A stretch of 64,000 nt of DNA from Escherichia coli (GTDB lineage: Bacteria > Pseudomonadota > Gammaproteobacteria > Enterobacterales > Enterobacteriaceae), in assembly GCF_003018235.1 (NCBI RefSeq), contig NZ_CP027437.1. One strand, written 5' to 3'. The translations under genes were made by a program, and so were the position numbers. Positions 57,747 to 64,000 of the stretch are shown in pieces. Position 1 is the stretch's first letter. Every line of letters starts with the position of its first letter. Below the pieces are notes generated by a model. The model searched no databases and was not told the DNA's origin. It saw nothing but the letters and a program-made list of their open reading frames with translations.

Positions 57747-58075
57747 TGGAGACGTTTCACTGGAAAGTGCGCCCGGATATGAATGTGGTATCAGAGCCGA
57801 AAGTGGTGACAGTGAAGCTGGGCGATGGTTATGAACAGCGTCGTGCGGCGGGACTGAATAACCAGTTGTCGACTTACAGCGTGACGATACGTGTTCGTAA
57901 ATGTGAACACCCATCTTTAAAAGCCTTTCTGGAACGGCACGGTGGCGTCCGTGCATTTCAGTGGACGCCACCTTATGACTGGAAACCGATCAGGGTGGTT
58001 TGTCGTAAATGGTCGGCAAGCGTGGGGGCGCTGTGGGTAACCATAACGGCAGATTTTGAACAGGTCGTGGCATAG
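57746..58075 (+). CDS. Minor tail protein M (lambda gpM-like)
   Basis: 109 aa, same length as lambda M; start overlaps H stop. Confidence 0.8.
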   Translation: METFHWKVRPDMNVVSEPKVVTVKLGDGYEQRRAAGLNNQLSTYSVTIRVRKCEHPSLKAFLERHGGVRAFQWTPPYDWKPIRVVCRKWSASVGALWVTITADFEQVVA

Positions 58076-58084
58076 GAGGCTCTG

Positions 58085-58783
58085 ATGCAGGATATTCCAC
58101 AGGAAACACATCATGAGACGACACGCCTCACTCAGTCAGCCCAGGTGGTGCTATGGGAAATCGATCTGGCAGAGGTCGGTGGTGAACGTTATTTTTTCTG
58201 TAATGAGCAGAACGAAAAAGGTGAGCCGGTTATCTGGCAGGGGCGGCAGTATCAGGTATACCCCATTCAGGGGACGGGATTTGAACTGAACGGCAAGGGC
58301 AGTGCTGCCCGTCCGACACTGACGGTTTCTAACCTGCACGGCATGGTCACCGGGATGGCGGAAGACCTGCAGAGTCTGGTCGGAGGAACGGTGGTCCGGC
58401 GTAAGGTTTACGCCCGTTTTCTGGATGCGGTGAACTTCGTCAACGGAAACAGTGACGCCGATCCGGAGCAGGAGGTGATCAGCCGCTGGCGCATCGAGCA
58501 GTGCAGCGAACTGAGCGCGGTGAGTGCCTCTTTTGTACTGTCCACGCCGACGGAAACGGACGGTGCCGTTTTTCCGGGACGTATCATGCTGGCCAACACC
58601 TGCACCTGGACCTATCGCGGTGATGAGTGCGGTTATCACGGTCCGGCGGTCGCGGATGAATATGATCAGCCGACGTCCGATATCACGAAGGATAAATGCA
58701 GCAAATGCCTGAGCGGCTGTAAGTTTCGCAATAACGTCGGCAACTTTGGCGGCTTCCTTTCCATTAACAAACTTTCGCAGTGA
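58085..58783 (+). CDS. Minor tail protein L (lambda gpL-like)
   Basis: 232 aa, same length as lambda L; C-terminal Cys cluster CSKCLSGCKF. Confidence 0.8.
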   Translation: MQDIPQETHHETTRLTQSAQVVLWEIDLAEVGGERYFFCNEQNEKGEPVIWQGRQYQVYPIQGTGFELNGKGSAARPTLTVSNLHGMVTGMAEDLQSLVGGTVVRRKVYARFLDAVNFVNGNSDADPEQEVISRWRIEQCSELSAVSASFVLSTPTETDGAVFPGRIMLANTCTWTYRGDECGYHGPAVADEYDQPTSDITKDKCSKCLSGCKFRNNVGNFGGFLSINKLSQ

Positions 58784-59532
58784 ATCCCATGACAGAGACA
58801 GAATCAGCGATTCTGGCGCACGCCCGGCGATGTGCGCCAGCGGAGTCGTGCGGCTTCGTGGTGAGAACACCGGAGGGGGAAAAATATTTTCCCTGCGTGA
58901 ATATCTCCGGTGAGCCGGAGGAGTATTTCCGGATGTCGCCGGAGGACTGGCTGCGGGCAGAGATGCAGGGTGAGATTGTGGCGCTGGTCCACAGCCACCC
59001 CGGTGGTCTGCCCTGGCTGAGTGAGACCGACCGGCGGCTGCAGGTGCAGAGTGATTTGCCGTGGTGGCTGGTTTGCCGGGGGGCGATTCACAAGTTCCGC
59101 TGTGTGCCACATCTTTCCGGGCGGCGCTTTGAGCACGGGGTGACGGACTGTTACACGCTGTTCCGGGATGCTTACCATCTGGCGGGGATTGAGATGCCGG
59201 ATTTTCATCGCGAGGATGACTGGTGGCGTAACGGTCAGAATCTCTATCTGGATAATCTGGAGGCCACAGGGCTGTATCAGGTGCCGTTGTCAGCGGCGCA
59301 GCCGGGCGATGTGCTGCTGTGCTGTTTTGGTTCATCGGTGCCGAATCATGCCGCCATTTACTGTGGTGACAGCGAGCTGCTGCACCATATTCCTGAACAA
59401 CTGAGCAAACGAGAGAGGTACACCGACAAATGGCAGCGACGCACACACTCCCTCTGGCGTCACCGGGCATGGCACGCATCTGCCTTTACGGGGATTTACA
59501 ACGATTTGGCCGCCGCATCGACCTTCGAGTGA
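58780..59532 (+). CDS. Tail assembly protein K (JAMM/Mov34 + NlpC/P60 domains)
   Basis: 250 aa; JAMM motif VHSHPGG and NlpC/P60-like Cys-His region; overlaps L stop. Confidence 0.8.
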   Translation: MNPMTETESAILAHARRCAPAESCGFVVRTPEGEKYFPCVNISGEPEEYFRMSPEDWLRAEMQGEIVALVHSHPGGLPWLSETDRRLQVQSDLPWWLVCRGAIHKFRCVPHLSGRRFEHGVTDCYTLFRDAYHLAGIEMPDFHREDDWWRNGQNLYLDNLEATGLYQVPLSAAQPGDVLLCCFGSSVPNHAAIYCGDSELLHHIPEQLSKRERYTDKWQRRTHSLWRHRAWHASAFTGIYNDLAAASTFE

Positions 59533-60077
59533 AAACGGGGTCCGAAGCCATCCGGGCGCTGGCCATGCAGATCCCGGCGTTTCGTCAGAAACTGAGCGAC
59601 GGCTGGTACCAGGTACGCATTGCCGGGCGTGATGCAGGTGAAACCGAATTGTCTGCCCGTCTTAATGAGCCGCTGGCAAATGGTGCCGTGATCCACATCG
59701 TGCCGCGTCTGGCGGGAGCTAAAAGTGGCGGTGTGTTTCAGGTGGTGCTGGGGGCGGCGCTGATTGCGGTGGCATGGTGGAACCCTGTGGGCTGGCTGGG
59801 TGCCGCGGCTGTATCGGGCATGTATGCGGCAGGGGCCAGTATGATCCTGGGCGGAGTGGCGCAGATGCTGGCACCGAAAGCCAGGACGCCCACGGCAGCA
59901 AGTACAGATAACGGCAAACAGAACACCTATTTCTCCTCACTGGATAACATGGTTGCCCAGGGCAATGTTCTGCCCGTTCTGTACGGTGAAATGCGCGTGG
60001 GGTCGCGGGTGGTCTCTCAGGAGATCAGCACGGCAGACGAAGGGGATGGTGGTCAGGTTGTGGTGATTGGTCGCTGA
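59430..60077 (+). CDS. Tail assembly protein I (lambda gpI-like)
   Basis: 215 aa MAATHTLPLASPGMARICLYGDLQRFGRRIDLRVK...; overlaps 3' end of K in another frame. Confidence 0.75.
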   Translation: MAATHTLPLASPGMARICLYGDLQRFGRRIDLRVKTGSEAIRALAMQIPAFRQKLSDGWYQVRIAGRDAGETELSARLNEPLANGAVIHIVPRLAGAKSGGVFQVVLGAALIAVAWWNPVGWLGAAAVSGMYAAGASMILGGVAQMLAPKARTPTAASTDNGKQNTYFSSLDNMVAQGNVLPVLYGEMRVGSRVVSQEISTADEGDGGQVVVIGR

Positions 60078-60137
60078 TGAAAAACGTTTTATGTGAAACC
60101 GCCTCCGGGCGGTTTTGTCGTTTATGGAGCGTGAGGA

Positions 60138-63100
60138 ATGGGTAAAGGCAGCAGTAAGGGGCATACTCCGCGCGAAGCGAAGGACAACCTGAAGTCCACG
60201 CAGTTGCTGAGTGTGATCGATGCCATCAGCGAAGGGCCGGTTGAAGGTCCGGTGGACGGATTAAAAAGCGTGCTGCTGAACAGTACGCCAGTGCTGGACA
60301 CTGAGGGGAATACCAACATCTCCGGCGTCACGGTGGTGTTCCGGGCCGGTGAGCAGGAGCAGACTCCGCCGGAGGGGTTTGAATCCTCCGGTTCCGAGAC
60401 GGTGCTGGGTACGGAAGTGAAATATGACACGCCGATCACCCGCACCATCACGTCGGCAAACATCGACCGTCTGCGCTTTACCTTCGGTGTGCAGGCACTG
60501 GTGGAAACCACCTCAAAGGGGGACAGGAATCCATCGGAAGTCCGCCTGCTGGTTCAGATACAGCGTAACGGTGGCTGGGTGACGGAAAAAGACATCACCA
60601 TTAAGGGCAAAACCACCTCGCAGTATCTGGCCTCGGTGGTGGTGGATAACCTGCCGCCGCGCCCGTTTAATATCCGGATGCGCAGGATGACGCCGGACAG
60701 CACCACAGACCAGCTGCAGAACAAAACGCTCTGGTCGTCATACACCGAAATTATCGATGTGAAACAGTGCTACCCGAACACGGCACTGGTCGGCGTGCAG
60801 GTGGACTCGGAGCAGTTCGGCAGCCAGCAGGTGAGCCGTAATTATCATCTGCGCGGGCGTATTCTGCAGGTGCCGTCGAACTATAACCCGCAGACGCGGC
60901 AATACAGCGGTATCTGGGACGGAACGTTTAAACCGGCATACAGCAACAACATGGCCTGGTGTCTGTGGGATATGCTGACCCACCCGCGCTACGGCATGGG
61001 GAAACGTCTTGGTGCGGCGGATGTGGATAAATGGGCGCTGTATGTCATCGGCCAGAATTGCGACCAGTCGGTGCCGGACGGCTTTGGCGGCACGGAGCCG
61101 CGCATCACCTGTAATGCCTGGCTGACCACACAGCGCAAGGCGTGGGATGTGCTCAGTGATTTCTGCTCGGCGATGCGCTGTATGCCGGTATGGAACGGGC
61201 AGACGCTGACGTTCGTGCAGGACCGGCCATCGGATAAGGTGTGGACCTATAACCGCAGTAATGTGGTGATGCCGGATGATGGCGCGCCGTTCCGCTACAG
61301 CTTCAGCGCCCTGAAGGACCGCCATAATGCCGTTGAGGTGAACTGGATTGACCCGAACAACGGCTGGGAGACGGCGACAGAGCTTGTTGAAGATACGCAG
61401 GCCATTGCCCGTTACGGTCGTAATGTCACGAAGATGGATGCCTTTGGTTGTACCAGTCGGGGGCAGGCACACCGCGCCGGGCTGTGGCTGATTAAAACGG
61501 AGCTGCTGGAGACGCAGACCGTGGACTTCAGCGTGGGCGCAGAAGGGCTTCGCCATGTACCGGGCGATGTCATTGAAATCTGCGATGATGACTATGCGGG
61601 GATCAGCATCGGCGGGCGCGTGCTGGCGGTGAACAGCCAGACCCGGACGCTGACGCTCGACCGTGAAATCACGCTGCCATCCTCCGGTACCACGCTGATA
61701 AGCCTGGTTGACGGAAGTGGCAATCCGGTCAGCGTGGAGGTCCAGTCCGTCACCGACGGCGTGAAGGTGAAAGTGAGCCGTGTTCCTGACGGCGTTGCAG
61801 AATACAGCGTGTGGGGGCTGAAGTTGCCGACGTTGCGCCAGCGCCTGTTCCGCTGTGTGAGTATCCGTGAGAACGATGACGGCACGTATGCCATCACTGC
61901 CGTGCAGCATGTACCGGAAAAAGAGGCCATCGTGGATAACGGGGCGCACTTTGACGGCGACCAGAGCGGCACGGTGAATGGTGTCACGCCGCCAGCGGTG
62001 CAGCACCTGACCGCCGAAGTCACCGCAGACAGCGGGGAATATCAGGTGCTGGCGCGCTGGGACACGCCGAAGGTGGTGAAGGGCGTGAGCTTCCTGCTCC
62101 GTCTGACCGTAACAGCGGATGACGGCAGTGAGCGGCTGGTCAGCACGGCCCTGACGACGGAAACCACATACCGCTTCAGGCAACTGGCGCTGGGGCGTTA
62201 CACGCTGACGGTCCGGGCGGTAAATGCGTGGGGACAGCAGGGCGATCCGGCATCGGTATCGTTCCGGATTGCCGCACCGGCTGCGCCGTCGCGGATTGAG
62301 CTGACGCCGGGCTATTTTCAGATAACCGCCACGCCGCATCTTGCGGTTTATGATCCGACGGTACAGTTTGAGTTCTGGTTCTCGGAAACGCGGATTACCG
62401 ATATCAGGCAGGTTGAAACCACAGCCCGCTACCTTGGCACGGGGCTGTACTGGATAGCCGCCAGTATCAATATCAAACCGGGCCATGATTATTACTTTTA
62501 TATCCGCAGTGTGAACATCGTTGGCAAATCGGCATTCGTGGAGTCCGTCGGTCGGGCGAGCGATGATGCGGAAGGTTACCTGGATTTTTTCAAAGGCAAG
62601 ATAACCGAATCCCATCTCGGCAAGGAGCTGCTGGAAAAAGTCGATCTGACGGAGGATAACGCCAGCAGACTGGATGAGTTTTCGAAAGAGTGGAAGGATG
62701 CCAACGATAAATGGAATGCCATGTGGGCTGTCAAAATTGAGCAGACCAAAGACGGCAAACATTATGTCGCGGGTATTGGCCTCAGTATGGAGGACACGGA
62801 GGAAGGCAAACTGAGCCAGTTTCTGGTTGCCGCTAACCGTATCGCGTTTATTGACCCGGCAAACGGGAATGAAACGCCGATGTTTGTGGCGCAGGGCAAT
62901 CAGATATTCATGAACGACGTGTTCCTGAAACGCCTGACGGCCCCCACCATTACCAGTGGTGGAAATCCACCGGCATTTTCCCTGACACCGGATGGGCGGC
63001 TGACGGCGAAAAATGCCGATATCAGCGGTAACGTGAATGCGAACTCCGGGACGCTCAACAACGTCACGATTAACGAGAACTGTCGGGTTCTGGGAAAACT

Positions 63101-63533
63101 GTCCGCGAACCAGATTGAAGGCGATCTCGTTAAAACAGTGGGCAAAGCTTTCCCCCGGGACTCCCGTGCACCGGAACGGTGGCCATCAGGGACCATTACC
63201 GTCAGGGTTTATGACGATCAGCCGTTTGACCGGCAGATTGTTATTCCGGCGGTGGCATTCAGCGGCGCTAAACATGAGAGAGAGCATACTGATATTTACT
63301 CCTCATGCCGTCTGATAGTGCGGAAAAACGGTGCTGAAATTTATAACCGTACCGCGCTGGATAATACGCTGATTTACAGTGGCGTTATTGATATGCCTGC
63401 CGGTCACGGTCACATGACGCTGGAGTTTTCGGTGTCAGCATGGCTGGTAAATGACTGGTATCCCACAGCAAGTATCAGCGATTTGCTGGTTGTGGTGATG
63501 AAGAAAGCCACCGCAGGCATCAGTATCAGCTGA
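60138..63533 (+). CDS. Host specificity / central tail fibre protein J
   Basis: 1131 aa (lambda J is about the same length); RBS GAGGAATG; fibronectin-III-like central repeats. Confidence 0.85.
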   Translation: MGKGSSKGHTPREAKDNLKSTQLLSVIDAISEGPVEGPVDGLKSVLLNSTPVLDTEGNTNISGVTVVFRAGEQEQTPPEGFESSGSETVLGTEVKYDTPITRTITSANIDRLRFTFGVQALVETTSKGDRNPSEVRLLVQIQRNGGWVTEKDITIKGKTTSQYLASVVVDNLPPRPFNIRMRRMTPDSTTDQLQNKTLWSSYTEIIDVKQCYPNTALVGVQVDSEQFGSQQVSRNYHLRGRILQVPSNYNPQTRQYSGIWDGTFKPAYSNNMAWCLWDMLTHPRYGMGKRLGAADVDKWALYVIGQNCDQSVPDGFGGTEPRITCNAWLTTQRKAWDVLSDFCSAMRCMPVWNGQTLTFVQDRPSDKVWTYNRSNVVMPDDGAPFRYSFSALKDRHNAVEVNWIDPNNGWETATELVEDTQAIARYGRNVTKMDAFGCTSRGQAHRAGLWLIKTELLETQTVDFSVGAEGLRHVPGDVIEICDDDYAGISIGGRVLAVNSQTRTLTLDREITLPSSGTTLISLVDGSGNPVSVEVQSVTDGVKVKVSRVPDGVAEYSVWGLKLPTLRQRLFRCVSIRENDDGTYAITAVQHVPEKEAIVDNGAHFDGDQSGTVNGVTPPAVQHLTAEVTADSGEYQVLARWDTPKVVKGVSFLLRLTVTADDGSERLVSTALTTETTYRFRQLALGRYTLTVRAVNAWGQQGDPASVSFRIAAPAAPSRIELTPGYFQITATPHLAVYDPTVQFEFWFSETRITDIRQVETTARYLGTGLYWIAASINIKPGHDYYFYIRSVNIVGKSAFVESVGRASDDAEGYLDFFKGKITESHLGKELLEKVDLTEDNASRLDEFSKEWKDANDKWNAMWAVKIEQTKDGKHYVAGIGLSMEDTEEGKLSQFLVAANRIAFIDPANGNETPMFVAQGNQIFMNDVFLKRLTAPTITSGGNPPAFSLTPDGRLTAKNADISGNVNANSGTLNNVTINENCRVLGKLSANQIEGDLVKTVGKAFPRDSRAPERWPSGTITVRVYDDQPFDRQIVIPAVAFSGAKHEREHTDIYSSCRLIVRKNGAEIYNRTALDNTLIYSGVIDMPAGHGHMTLEFSVSAWLVNDWYPTASISDLLVVVMKKATAGISIS

Positions 63534-63553
63534 ATTTTATAACCCATATACGG

Positions 63554-63578
63554 GCACCAGAAATGGTGCTTTTTTTTT
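63554..63578 (+). terminator. Rho-independent terminator after J
   Basis: gcacca-gaaa-tggtgc followed by ttttttttt. Confidence 0.75.
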
Positions 63579-63599
63579 GCAGAAAAGCGAGAGGTAATT

Positions 63600-64000
63600 A
63601 TGCGTAAACTTTATGCCGCCATTTTGTCCGCAGCCATTTGTCTGGCCGTATCCGGTGCGCCTGCATGGGCATCTGAACATCAGTCCACGCTGAGCGCGGG
63701 GTATCTTCATGCCTCGACGAACGTTCCCGGCAGCGATGATCTTAACGGGATTAACGTGAAATACCGTTATGAGTTTACGGACACACTGGGGCTGGTGACG
63801 TCATTCAGCTATGCAGGAGACAAGAATCGCCAGCTTACCCGTTACAGCGATACCCGCTGGCATGAAGATTCCGTTCGTAACCGCTGGTTCAGCGTGATGG
63901 CGGGGCCGTCTGTGCGCGTGAATGAATGGTTCAGCGCGTATGCGATGGCGGGTGTGGCTTACAGCCGTGTGTCGACTTTCTCCGGGGATTATCTCCGCGT
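63600..64000 (+). CDS. lom: Lom/Ail-family outer membrane protein, 5' part (gene continues beyond window end)
   Basis: [59 protein letters not shown]... signal peptide plus beta-barrel strands; RBS GAGAGG; position after J as in lambda. Confidence 0.75.
   Translation, partial: MRKLYAAILSAAICLAVSGAPAWASEHQSTLSAGYLHASTNVPGSDDLNGINVKYRYEFTDTLGLVTSFSYAGDKNRQLTRYSDTRWHEDSVRNRWFSVMAGPSVRVNEWFSAYAMAGVAYSRVSTFSGDYLR

Noticed and set aside
58151-59479. 442-aa minus-strand ORF spanning tail genes L and K
   Set aside because: Pro/Arg/Ala-rich low-complexity translation antisense to conserved lambda-like tail genes; typical GC-rich antisense artefact.
60738-62762. 674-aa minus-strand ORF inside gene J
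   Set aside because: Antisense to the conserved J gene; Arg/His/Pro-rich composition and no RBS.

Overview
The window reads as E. coli chromosome with K-12-like synteny (reverse orientation relative to MG1655) for the first ~25.8 kb, followed by a Qin-like lambdoid prophage that runs past the window end. All gene names are assigned from my own reading of the translated ORFs, remembered protein sequences and synteny; no database search was run.

Chromosomal part: ydgH (5' part) - pntAB - tqsA - mdtJI - ydgD - asr - ynfM - ynfL - mlc - ynfK - clcB - dmsD - ynfHGFE - ynfD - ynfC - speG - ynfB - ynfA - rspAB. The only anomaly here is ynfE, which is split into two ORFs by a 1-bp loss in a homopolymer run.

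Prophage part (from ~25.88 kb, inserted in ydfJ): int - xis - 823-aa exonuclease-domain protein (full-length YdfE-like) - ydfD - dicB - dicF - [IS21-family IS100-like element with a nonsense-interrupted istA] - QueH-like (DUF208) gene - mok/hokD - rem-like - ydfU - quuQ - AT-rich small-ORF island - cspF/cspB - pinholin / SAR endolysin / Rz-Rz1 lysis cassette - cspI - ynfN-like - gnsB - ydfO - cos - terminase small/large - W - portal - prohead protease/scaffold/major capsid fusion - lambda-like tail genes Z, U, V, G, T (-1 frameshift), H, M, L, K, I, J - lom (partial).

Compared with what I recall of K-12 Qin, this prophage keeps an intact integrase, excisionase and full morphogenesis module, but has no recognisable repressor/cro (dicA/dicC) or relBE region; that position is occupied by the IS element and the QueH-like gene.

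I found no CRISPR array, no tRNA or rRNA gene, and no large defence-type ATPase or nuclease operon. The most interesting unexplained content is the IS-flanked QueH-like cargo gene, the orphaned dicB-dicF module, the small-ORF island between quuQ and cspF, and several small Cys-rich or zinc-ribbon ORFs. None of these amounts to a demonstrated novel system from sequence alone.
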